Of a DNA stretch of 34,702 nt, positions 9,459 through 17,345 are shown piece by piece (within the stretch, counting starts at the first letter, position 1; the number at the start of each line of letters is the position of its first letter). The notes below the pieces were generated by a model that was given only the letters and a program-made list of their open reading frames with translations, searched no databases and was not told the origin of the DNA. Source of the stretch: Candidatus Helarchaeota archaeon (GTDB lineage Archaea > Asgardarchaeota > Lokiarchaeia > Helarchaeales > RDOG01). Made by a program: the position numbers and the translations under genes. The stretch is from contig JALGVI010000026.1 in NCBI GenBank assembly GCA_029838215.1, forward strand, positions 1 to 34,702, written 5' to 3'.

Positions 9459-10184
9459 TCATTTCTTCAATTTTTTTAATTCAAACTTACCCTTTGTTAA
9501 AGTATTCAACTCATTTTGAATTTCAACTTGCAAGCCAGCAGGAAGATCGATCACGGCAATCCAAGACCCATCTGCTTGCCACTCATCCTTGTTGATTTCG
9601 GCATAACGAGCAATTACATTATAGGCTTTTCCCGTGTGTTCAGCAGGAATTCGAATTGCAATAGAAACACGTTCCAATCTTATGGGAAGGATTGGAGTAA
9701 TTTTTTTAACGATTTCCCGTGCTTGCTCAGCGACTTCCTTTCTAGGGTCAATATTGACACGGGCTTCTTCCATCGCGCGTTCAATGCGATCAGGAGGATG
9801 TGGTAAATTGTTTTTTGGGTTAATTGCATTTCGACTTATGAAAGATATGATCTTTTTTCGGAGTTCTGCAGTAAATTCACGTCGCATTTCCGCCGTGATT
9901 TGAATGGTACCTTTTTCAATAATGGTACGGGCTACTTCAAATTCATCATCGGTCTGAAATTCGTTTTTGATGACTTCAGAAGAAGCCTTTCTACCACGAA
10001 GCGCATCATCAAAGATTGTAAAACCAATGAGGATATCTCGAATGTCAATGTTTTTATCCTTGTAAATATAAGTCCATGCTTTTTTTGGATCAACGAGGAC
10101 TTCAAATTTTTTATTTCCGATTTCATATCTTGCTATGACAGCGTTCCCTAAATCAATGCGCTTATCTCCACGAATGCTTACCAT
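9459..10184 (-). CDS. sdo1: Ribosome assembly factor SBDS (start ATG 10184)
   Basis: AVIARY...KKFEVLVDP, PHPPDRIERAM, WQADGSW. Confidence 0.96.
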   Translation of the reverse strand: MVSIRGDKRIDLGNAVIARYEIGNKKFEVLVDPKKAWTYIYKDKNIDIRDILIGFTIFDDALRGRKASSEVIKNEFQTDDEFEVARTIIEKGTIQITAEMRREFTAELRKKIISFISRNAINPKNNLPHPPDRIERAMEEARVNIDPRKEVAEQAREIVKKITPILPIRLERVSIAIRIPAEHTGKAYNVIARYAEINKDEWQADGSWIAVIDLPAGLQVEIQNELNTLTKGKFELKKLKK

Positions 10185-10189
10185 TCTTC

Positions 10190-10909
10190 TCACGTAAGCC
10201 TATCTATATACTTTTGAAGTTCTTCTGGCTCCAATTCTCGATATTGCTTGTCATCAGTCTTGATCCATGCAATCTCAACATTTTTTGCTTCCAGATTCGA
10301 TTCAATGACTTCTTTCAAAGCACTGAGAGCAAGTAGTATGGCTTCATCTAGAGATAGTCCTTTCTTGTATTCTTTTTCTAATTTTTCTCGCACGGTTTCG
10401 GCATTTTGCCCAATTGCTTGGCTTAAATATCCCCAATAAGCTCCACTCGGATCAGTCATAAAAAGCCGGGGTAATCCATCGGAATCCACTCCCGCTATTA
10501 GAAGTGACACGCCAAACGGTCGTACTCCAGCGTGCTGACAGTACATTTGTAAAAGATCGGCTATTTTTTTTGTCAGAGCCTGCGTGTCAATCGGCTCATC
10601 GTAAGTAAGACGATTAATCTGAGCTTGAATGCGAGCGTGGTCAATTAAAACACGTGCGTCAGCCGTTAAACCCGAAATTGCGGCTCCAACATGGTCATCT
10701 AGCTTAAATATCTTTTCAATTGTTGTTGAATCTTGTAAAGGGAGAACGCGTTTTTCAACAACTAAGGCAACGCCATCTGAGGCACAAATTCCAATCGCAG
10801 TAGTGCCCTTTCGTACGGCTTCGATGGCATATTCAACTTGGAAGAGCCGCCCATCTGGACTAAAGATTGTAATTGCTCTATCATATCCTAAACCTTGTGG
10901 GGGAAACAT
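10190..10909 (-). CDS. psmA: Proteasome subunit alpha (start ATG 10909)
   Basis: GYDRAITIFSPDGRLFQVEYA, GLTADARVL, RPFGVSLLIAG; SD AGGTGG. Confidence 0.98.
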   Translation of the reverse strand: MFPPQGLGYDRAITIFSPDGRLFQVEYAIEAVRKGTTAIGICASDGVALVVEKRVLPLQDSTTIEKIFKLDDHVGAAISGLTADARVLIDHARIQAQINRLTYDEPIDTQALTKKIADLLQMYCQHAGVRPFGVSLLIAGVDSDGLPRLFMTDPSGAYWGYLSQAIGQNAETVREKLEKEYKKGLSLDEAILLALSALKEVIESNLEAKNVEIAWIKTDDKQYRELEPEELQKYIDRLT

Positions 10910-11137
10910 AAAATCCACCTTTCCTATTCAGTAAATTCTTATTGATTTTTCTGTTTAATATTTGAGTTTGGCTTTTTCATTCATATCTTTACTTAATTTG
11001 ATAATAATTTGTTTCAAGTTTTATTTCAAGCCTGTAAATCAAACTCACGTCTTGATTTATAAAAATAAGGATTAATTTCTCTATTTAAAATTACTCCATG
11101 TAAAAAAGAATAAATTCATATAAGCAAAGAAACCAGA

Positions 11138-11656
11138 TCATTGAGTAAAATATAGATATATGGAAAATATAAAACACCCAGCTAAAGTAAGAACGAAAAC
11201 AGTAACGTTAAAGAATTTATCGGGAACTAAATCAAAAAAGAGCAGTGAAAGAATGATTACAACAATGAAAGTTGCGATTAATTCAAACCACCCTGCGACG
11301 GCTCTTTGATATTCCCGAATATTTCCCACGGCAACATAGAGGAAAATGAAAAATAATATGAGTATTATTGAAATAAATATGTGGAATGCATTTAGCGCAC
11401 TTGTAAGTCCTATTCCGCCTAGAAATAACATGAAATACGTGATTGGAGAGTGGATGAAAAAAATAACTTCGCTAAAAGCTATTGAAACGTTTGGCAATTG
11501 AGAAACCGTTAAAATTAGCTTGGGAACGAGAAAACTCACGATAAGGATAACCAACATTGCACAAATGATGGTGGAAAATATTATGGTTTGCATCATCTTA
11601 CTGCGATCTATTTGTCGTGACTGTCGCTCGCGCTTTTCTTCAACTCGTCGGGACAT
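11138..11656 (-). CDS. Small multi-pass membrane protein of unknown function
   Basis: Basic N-terminus followed by about 5 TM segments; SD-like CGTGGAG upstream. Confidence 0.75.
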   Translation of the reverse strand: MSRRVEEKRERQSRQIDRSKMMQTIIFSTIICAMLVILIVSFLVPKLILTVSQLPNVSIAFSEVIFFIHSPITYFMLFLGGIGLTSALNAFHIFISIILILFFIFLYVAVGNIREYQRAVAGWFELIATFIVVIILSLLFFDLVPDKFFNVTVFVLTLAGCFIFSIYLYFTQ

Positions 11657-11763
11657 GCAACTCCACGTTTTTGCTAGTTTTGTGATTTTAATTTGATAAT
11701 TTATTAATACTTATTGGTTTGTTCAGTTAAAAAATCATTTAATAATTTTAAGGAATTAATGAA

Positions 11764-12195
11764 ATGCCCCTGAAGAAAATTGAGATTCAAAAGAAACACG
11801 TTGGAGTCTTAATTGAATGGGCACAGAAAAATCACCCTCAGGAGGCTTGTGCATTACTTCTTGGTAGCATTTCGGAGGGAGTAGCAACGATTTGTGAGCT
11901 TTTTTTGACAAAAAATGAAGATCAATCCACCGTGAGCTTTTCAATTGACCCTGAAGAGTTGTATACTGCCCATTTAAAAGCAGAAAAGAAAGGAATAGAA
12001 ATCGTAGCGATTTTTCATTCTCATCCTGCTCCGAGCCATCCAAGTGGCTTGGATCTCGAATTCATGAGATACAATCCGATTGCGTGGATCATACTGGGAC
12101 GACTTGGAACAACAGACAAGAGCAGGATGCAAGATCTTAAGGCGTTTCAATACCTAAATGAAAAACTTTACGAGATTGAACTATGCATTAAATGA
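11764..12195 (+). CDS. JAMM/MPN+ (M67) metalloprotease, single domain
   Basis: Catalytic E (QEACALLLG) and HSHP-x4-PS-x2-D motif (FHSHPAPSHPSGLD). Confidence 0.92.
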   Translation: MPLKKIEIQKKHVGVLIEWAQKNHPQEACALLLGSISEGVATICELFLTKNEDQSTVSFSIDPEELYTAHLKAEKKGIEIVAIFHSHPAPSHPSGLDLEFMRYNPIAWIILGRLGTTDKSRMQDLKAFQYLNEKLYEIELCIK

Positions 12196-12207
12196 AAAAC
12201 GATGATT

Positions 12208-12780
12208 CTACTTTGTTAAAAGCGCGACGAATTCGTCTACGAAGGTCTTGAGGCGTGATTCATCAATGAACTCGTTGATACCATTTGATTTAAACTCGAT
12301 CCCGCGTTTTTCACAATTTTCTATTGCTTGGTTCTGAAGAACTTTGCGTGCAAATCCGCCAGCTCTTGTAGTTTCAGATAGATCGTAGATTGCTCCAAAA
12401 GTATCGAATATATCTGGTTTCAGCTCATTTTTTTCGGCAAATTTCACGAGATACTTCTCTCTTGCTTCTTCGTATTTGTCTATTGCCGTGCCAGAACTAA
12501 CAAAAATGCCAAATATCACGTCTTCTTTATTAAGTAAATCTCGATTCTTCTTCAAAAACTTCTTGGGTGCCCCGACCCATCGACCCATTGAAATGCCCGA
12601 ACCGACTAGCACGGCATCGTGCTCACCAATAGAAGGCCAATTTTTCTTTTTAATACTCCGAAGATCCACGACATTCGATTCAATTCCAGCTTGTTCAAGT
12701 AATTTTACGATTTTTTGGATGATTAGCTCGGTTCCACCATATCGGGTACCAAAAACAATCAGAACTTTCTTTTTCGACAT
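12208..12780 (-). CDS. Flavodoxin-domain protein (HemG/flavodoxin_5-like)
   Basis: VLIVFGTRYGGT FMN-binding loop; DAVLVGSGISMGRW. Confidence 0.85.
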   Translation of the reverse strand: MSKKKVLIVFGTRYGGTELIIQKIVKLLEQAGIESNVVDLRSIKKKNWPSIGEHDAVLVGSGISMGRWVGAPKKFLKKNRDLLNKEDVIFGIFVSSGTAIDKYEEAREKYLVKFAEKNELKPDIFDTFGAIYDLSETTRAGGFARKVLQNQAIENCEKRGIEFKSNGINEFIDESRLKTFVDEFVALLTK

Positions 12781-13072
12781 ATAACTTCACGGATCCTTTT
12801 TTGATTCTTGAAAGAAATTGCCGATTAATAAAACTAATGATTTAGGAACTTTGACGGAGATTCTTTAATGAAGCATGTTCAAACCATTACAAGAACCACT
12901 TCCTACAAAAAAAAGACTTAGGGAGTTGGGAAAGAGGAAAAATACCATCTGCCATGGAGAATGACATGCAATACAAAGAAAATACCTTTATAACATAATT
13001 TAAATGAAATGAATTTAATAATTGATGATAGGTTATCGTTTTCAATTAAACACATGAGGAGCCCGAAGAATC

Positions 13073-13741
13073 ATGAGAATTCCGTTTTATGACTTTTTAG
13101 CAACAAATCCTGCACTCACACTATTGCTTGGTGCAATTTTTACTGGTATCTGGCTCTGGGACATTATTATTAGGAATCCCGAAGAAGAGGAAGAAACACC
13201 ATGGTATATCAAGGTCATTGATTATAGTGGTTTTTTCGTGGGACTTTTAATCTTGATTCCTACAGGGATAATAATGCTCGTTTCAGGTGATCTCGTCCAC
13301 TTTATCTACGGTCCGATTCATTATGATCTCTTTACAAAGGTACTTGTATTGCTCGTTGGTCTCGCCTTATTCTTCAAGCCTTTGAGGGACGCGCCAATTG
13401 CGACCATTATTGGATTGGTTGGTGGGGCAATTGTTGCCTTTTTTGTAATCATTATCGTGGACACGCCGCTCCAAGTCATTGCATATTTCGGCGGTTTTGA
13501 CATCAAATGGATTTACGTGATCGTGTTTTTCATCATATTTATCGTTGTGGCTCTGGCTTTAAAATGGGCTGCAACGGTATTGCAATGGATTGGAAAGATA
13601 CTTGGTTCCAAGCCCGCTTCTCTCGTACTAGCGGTTATTTGCATCCTGCAAGCCATTTTAATTTCGTTGCCAGTTCCAGTTCCAGGTGTCCTGAGCATTG
13701 GATTCTTCTTTGAATTATTAATCCAAGCGATTTTTCCTTAA
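13073..13741 (+). CDS. Multi-pass membrane protein of unknown function
   Basis: About 7 hydrophobic segments; SD GAGGAG upstream. Confidence 0.8.
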   Translation: MRIPFYDFLATNPALTLLLGAIFTGIWLWDIIIRNPEEEEETPWYIKVIDYSGFFVGLLILIPTGIIMLVSGDLVHFIYGPIHYDLFTKVLVLLVGLALFFKPLRDAPIATIIGLVGGAIVAFFVIIIVDTPLQVIAYFGGFDIKWIYVIVFFIIFIVVALALKWAATVLQWIGKILGSKPASLVLAVICILQAILISLPVPVPGVLSIGFFFELLIQAIFP

Positions 13742-13744
13742 TTT

Positions 13745-14383
13745 CTAATTCTTTTTTATATATCGAGAAAAATCACCTGTTTTTACAAGCTCACACGTCA
13801 TGCAAGGTGCATTTGAATTTAGAAGAGTGTATAGATCTTCCATGGTATCGACGTCAAGTGCCACGTTATTCATTGGATGAACATGTATTTTTAATTGAGA
13901 AATGGAACGAGCGCGAGCAACGTGTTTTTCAAAGCTGTTCAGTCCAAAGACCGGCTTGAGAATTGAAGGGGGTTTTAACAATAATGCATTCGTGCCATCT
14001 TTACGCAATGAAGGTGATATTATCATGATTTTTTCATGACTGGATGAAATTTCAAAATAGGAATCGATATCGCTTGATGAAAGAAGAGGTATGTCAGATG
14101 GAAGGATAAGGAGCGCATCATCAAGTTGAAATTCTCGTGCTTGGAGACCGACTTGTATGGCGTTATTTAGACCGTTGGGCGTATTTTCGAAGATGCTGAT
14201 AAATCGTGAGGGTAAATTATTGAGCAAGTTCTTATTAGATGTTATTACGAAAATTTTGTCAACTTGCGTGGAGTTCTTTAAAGCATTGCAAACATCAAAA
14301 AACATTCTTTTACACAGTTCTTGTTTCAGATGGAAAGGAAGAGCAAGTCGCGCCTTTGCAATTTTAAAGTCCTTGACCGCCAA
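13745..14383 (-). CDS. cofC: 2-phospho-L-lactate/PEP guanylyltransferase CofC (true start probably a few codons upstream)
   Basis: VKDFKIAKARL, GLNNAI, PSDIPLL, DGTNALL, FGLNSFEKH, LDVDTMEDL. Confidence 0.93.
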   Translation of the reverse strand: MAVKDFKIAKARLALPFHLKQELCKRMFFDVCNALKNSTQVDKIFVITSNKNLLNNLPSRFISIFENTPNGLNNAIQVGLQAREFQLDDALLILPSDIPLLSSSDIDSYFEISSSHEKIMIISPSLRKDGTNALLLKPPSILKPVFGLNSFEKHVARARSISQLKIHVHPMNNVALDVDTMEDLYTLLNSNAPCMTCELVKTGDFSRYIKKN

Positions 14384-14406
14384 GAAAACAAAATTTCCTA
14401 AAGTAT

Positions 14407-15333
14407 TTACCCCCAGAGAGCTTTCAAAGCAAGTGATGCTAGTGCCTTTTTAATTTCAAGTGTCTTCATCAGCGTATTGGTAACGAGAACTTCCATTCCT
14501 AACCGCTCGATCTGCTCCTTTTGAGATTTATCTTGCTCGTCTATGATGAATGTATTAACAAAATCACGGTATAATGTTGCCACACCACGACTGGAAACTT
14601 CTAGCTCGAGTCCCTTCATCAAGCGATCAAGAGGACCTTTTACGGGAGCATTACCAATAAGGGGAGAGATACCTATAATGGGTTTTTTCGTGCTTTTGAT
14701 CGTTTTTTTAATTTTAGGAACGCTGAGAATGGGTCCAATGCTTACCAATGGGTTGCTAGGGCATATAATAAAACCTTCAGCTTTTTCGATGATTGACAGC
14801 AATCCTTTTGGGGGATTTGAGGATTCAATGTCCTTGTAAATGATCTCATGAACAGGATCCTCAGCTCGATTCTTGATCATGTATTCTTCAAAATGAATTA
14901 CCCCATCGGATGTTCTAATTTGCGTGGGTACCTTTTGGTCAGTCATTGGATAGAGTCGTGCTTTTATTCCTAACGTATTACAAAGGTGATGCGTGATTTC
15001 AGTAAGTGTATATCCTTCTCGAAGCATTTTCGTTCTTATTAAATGAGTTGCGATATCTTTATCACCCAATAAGAACCACGTTTCCTCCTTGTATCGACGA
15101 AGCATTTCCAAGCAGTTTGTTGAATCATCATTAACACCCCATCCCGTGATGGGATTTACGATTCCTGCCAACGTGTACATGATGATATCGAGATCAGGAG
15201 AAATTTCAAGACCGAAAAGGGTAATATCATCGCCGGTATTGATTATTAAGCATAAATCTTCGGAGTCTATTTCACGCACGAGCCCCGAAATGAACTTTGC
15301 GGCACCAACACCCCCTGCTAACACAACAATCAA
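14407..15333 (-). CDS. cofD: LPPG/EPPG:FO transferase CofD
   Basis: VLAGGVGAAKF, NTGDD, SPDLD, LGDKDIATH, FEEY, CPSNPLVSIGPIL. Confidence 0.97.
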   Translation of the reverse strand: MIVVLAGGVGAAKFISGLVREIDSEDLCLIINTGDDITLFGLEISPDLDIIMYTLAGIVNPITGWGVNDDSTNCLEMLRRYKEETWFLLGDKDIATHLIRTKMLREGYTLTEITHHLCNTLGIKARLYPMTDQKVPTQIRTSDGVIHFEEYMIKNRAEDPVHEIIYKDIESSNPPKGLLSIIEKAEGFIICPSNPLVSIGPILSVPKIKKTIKSTKKPIIGISPLIGNAPVKGPLDRLMKGLELEVSSRGVATLYRDFVNTFIIDEQDKSQKEQIERLGMEVLVTNTLMKTLEIKKALASLALKALWG

Positions 15334-15944
15334 AATGTTTCACTCCACGTGTTGCCGTGCAATACTTCATCTAGAGGCCGCCTTCTAGGGGTGATAGGAT
15401 GTTCTTTTCCATAACCAAGAGTGATGAATGCTTGTGGCTCCACATGTTCGGGTAGAGATAGACATTCACTCACGATGCTTGGGCAGAATAAGGGTGCACA
15501 ATACCAGCAAGTTGCCAATCCTTCAACGTGAGCGGCAAGTAATAAATTCTGAATGGCAGCACTTACGCTTTGGATCATTAGGAGGCGTTCAGCTTCTTTT
15601 CTATGATCGGAATATTTTTCCATGTGTTCAGTTGTAAGGCAAGCGACAATTAAAACAGGAGGATTCGTGAATTTTGAGATCGAATGCTCACAAATTTTTT
15701 GAATTTGCTCAGCATTTACACCATCTTTTTCCAAATCGGCTTTATATTGCTCAGCCATCCGTCTTGCCAGATTCATCTTCTTTTTTTCATTATCTAAGAT
15801 TAGAAAATGCCAGGGTTGAGAATTATGAGCAGAAGGAGCATGAATAGCAGCATGAACGATCTTTTTAATGAGTTCAAGATCAACGGGCTGATTGGTATAT
15901 TTACGAACACTTCGCCGGGTAATTATATAATCAAGAGAATCCAA
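15330..15944 (-). CDS. Nitroreductase-fold flavoprotein resembling the FbiB C-terminal domain (candidate dehydro-F420-0 reductase)
   Basis: RRSVRKY, APSAHNSQPWHF, QNLLLAAHVEGLATCWYCAPLFCP...EPQAFITLGY; 4-nt overlap with cofD. Confidence 0.85.
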   Translation of the reverse strand: MDSLDYIITRRSVRKYTNQPVDLELIKKIVHAAIHAPSAHNSQPWHFLILDNEKKKMNLARRMAEQYKADLEKDGVNAEQIQKICEHSISKFTNPPVLIVACLTTEHMEKYSDHRKEAERLLMIQSVSAAIQNLLLAAHVEGLATCWYCAPLFCPSIVSECLSLPEHVEPQAFITLGYGKEHPITPRRRPLDEVLHGNTWSETF

Positions 15945-15977
15945 ACTAGATCACTCAGGCATTTCGAACAATTAATT

Positions 15978-16664
15978 TTACGTGTACGTGATTTTGGTGC
16001 CTATTTTTGCACCCTGAAGTGCCTTCATTATGTTTTTTGGGTCTCTTCCAGATAGAATGATTGTTGGAATCTTAGATCTACCGATGATGTTAATTGCATT
16101 CAAGTCGAATAATTCATATTTTCCCGCCCGACTCTCGTCTTTTATCAGGCCCTTCAAGTGTTTTACGGAAATTTCTTCATATTTTATAGCAGTGGGATTG
16201 ATTTTTGGATCTTCAGAATATACACCTTCGACATCCGTAGCATTGATGAGTAATTCTGCATTTATTCGTTCAGCTAGCAAAGCTGCAACAGCATTTGTAG
16301 ACTGACCCGGTTGAATTCCGCCCATCACGATGATTTTATTACTCATTGTTGTTGTTGCAGCTTCTTCTAAAGTGGAAGGAGGGACGGGATATGCCATCTC
16401 ACCCAATGCAGCAATTAAAAGACGGGCATTTTGACGTGCGATCTCTATACCTAGCTCATCGCAAAATGCCTCAGACGCACCTAATTGTCTGGCAGTTGCA
16501 ATGTATTCACGTGCCGCTCTTCCTCCGCCCACGACCATTGCAAGTTGGAACTTTTTTGGAGGAATTGATTGAATTTCTTTACCTAATGATTTGATATATT
16601 CTACATCCAATCGTGATTCGTTCTGAAATAATAAAGAACCGCCAATTTTCAGGACAGCTTTCAT
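15978..16664 (-). CDS. pyrH: Uridylate kinase
   Basis: KAVLKIGGS, VVGGGRAAREYI, MGGIQPGQST, ATDVEGVY. Confidence 0.97.
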   Translation of the reverse strand: MKAVLKIGGSLLFQNESRLDVEYIKSLGKEIQSIPPKKFQLAMVVGGGRAAREYIATARQLGASEAFCDELGIEIARQNARLLIAALGEMAYPVPPSTLEEAATTTMSNKIIVMGGIQPGQSTNAVAALLAERINAELLINATDVEGVYSEDPKINPTAIKYEEISVKHLKGLIKDESRAGKYELFDLNAINIIGRSKIPTIILSGRDPKNIMKALQGAKIGTKITYT

Positions 16665-16890
16665 AAAAATCCCTACCAGTTGTTCTTATACTTTCACGTA
16701 TTTAGGCATGTAATGATCGTTGATCTGCTATTTAGGCATTTGTAAATTTAAATTTATGAAATTACGATTTTTCTCTAATTTGATTGATGAAATTCATAAA
16801 ATCAGGTCATCTCGGAATAGAATGGTCGTTAAGAGCAAAGATTACTCGAACCTGCACCATAAGATATTTTTGACCAGGGGAACGATTTTT

Positions 16891-17145
16891 TTAGAACAAT
16901 CCGCTAAACGAGAAGATGATCATGAAAATAACCATTACAATGATCATTCCAAACATTGCAAAAGTCGTGTATTTTGACTTTTTCTCTTTCTTTTTCTTCC
17001 ACTTATAATATTCGCCCGAGCATTTATTTGAGCAATATTGCCGATTGATAGGAATGGCAATGCCACATACTTGACAATGCGCGTGTGGTTCCCATTTTTT
17101 AATCCATTTTTGTTTCTTTTGTGAAGTTTCGGTCGTAGTTGAGAT
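16891..17145 (-). CDS. DUF2116-like Zn-ribbon membrane protein; start inferred at ATC 17145 (the ORF-track start at 17283 lies inside the ncRNA on the opposite strand)
   Basis: EPHAHCQVCG...YCSNKC followed by a Lys-rich stretch and one C-terminal TM; SD-like GGACGTGAT 3 nt before ATC. Confidence 0.75.
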   Translation of the reverse strand: MSTTTETSQKKQKWIKKWEPHAHCQVCGIAIPINRQYCSNKCSGEYYKWKKKKEKKSKYTTFAMFGMIIVMVIFMIIFSFSGLF

Positions 17146-17202
17146 GAAATCACGTCCAAATATCCTGAAATCAATAGCAGATAATAAATGGAAGGAATAC
17201 TT

Positions 17203-17217
17203 AAAAATATTTATTAT
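17203..17217 (+). promoter_or_regulatory. BRE/TATA-like promoter (AAAAATA-TTTATTAT) for the K-turn RNA
   Basis: TATA-like box at 17210-17217 lies about 23 nt upstream of the first nucleotide of the terminal stem. Confidence 0.5.
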
Positions 17218-17238
17218 GCGGAATGAGTTATTAAAAAG

Positions 17239-17325
17239 TGGAGGGGAGATGATGTCGTCGCCCCAACCTGATTCGTAGTCCAACCGCGAGCGTGATGAAC
17301 CGAAGCGACGAGTTGATCCCTTCCA
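17239..17325 (+). ncRNA. Box C/D-type RNA with two K-turns (C/D and C'/D'), a terminal stem and self-paired guide regions
   Basis: Terminal stem (T)GGAGGGGA/TCCCTTCC(A); box C ATGATG 17249-17254; internal stem TCGTCGC/GCGACGA; D' CTGA 17268-17271; hairpin TTCGT/GCGAG; C' GTGATGA 17292-17298; D TTGA 17313-17316; both K-turns have a 3-nt bulge; GC-rich island in AT-rich intergenic DNA. Confidence 0.8.
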
Positions 17326-17345
17326 AAAACCCGTAGAAAAGATGA

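Noticed and set aside
17146-17283. ORF-track N-terminal extension of the DUF2116-like gene
   Set aside because: Runs antisense through the K-turn RNA and its promoter and does not look like protein sequence.
17255-17312. Matches of the K-turn RNA guide segments to conserved 23S peptidyl-transferase sequences (UUCGGU, CGUCGU)
   Set aside because: Only 6-nt matches against recalled consensus sequence, and this organism's rRNA is not available; not significant.
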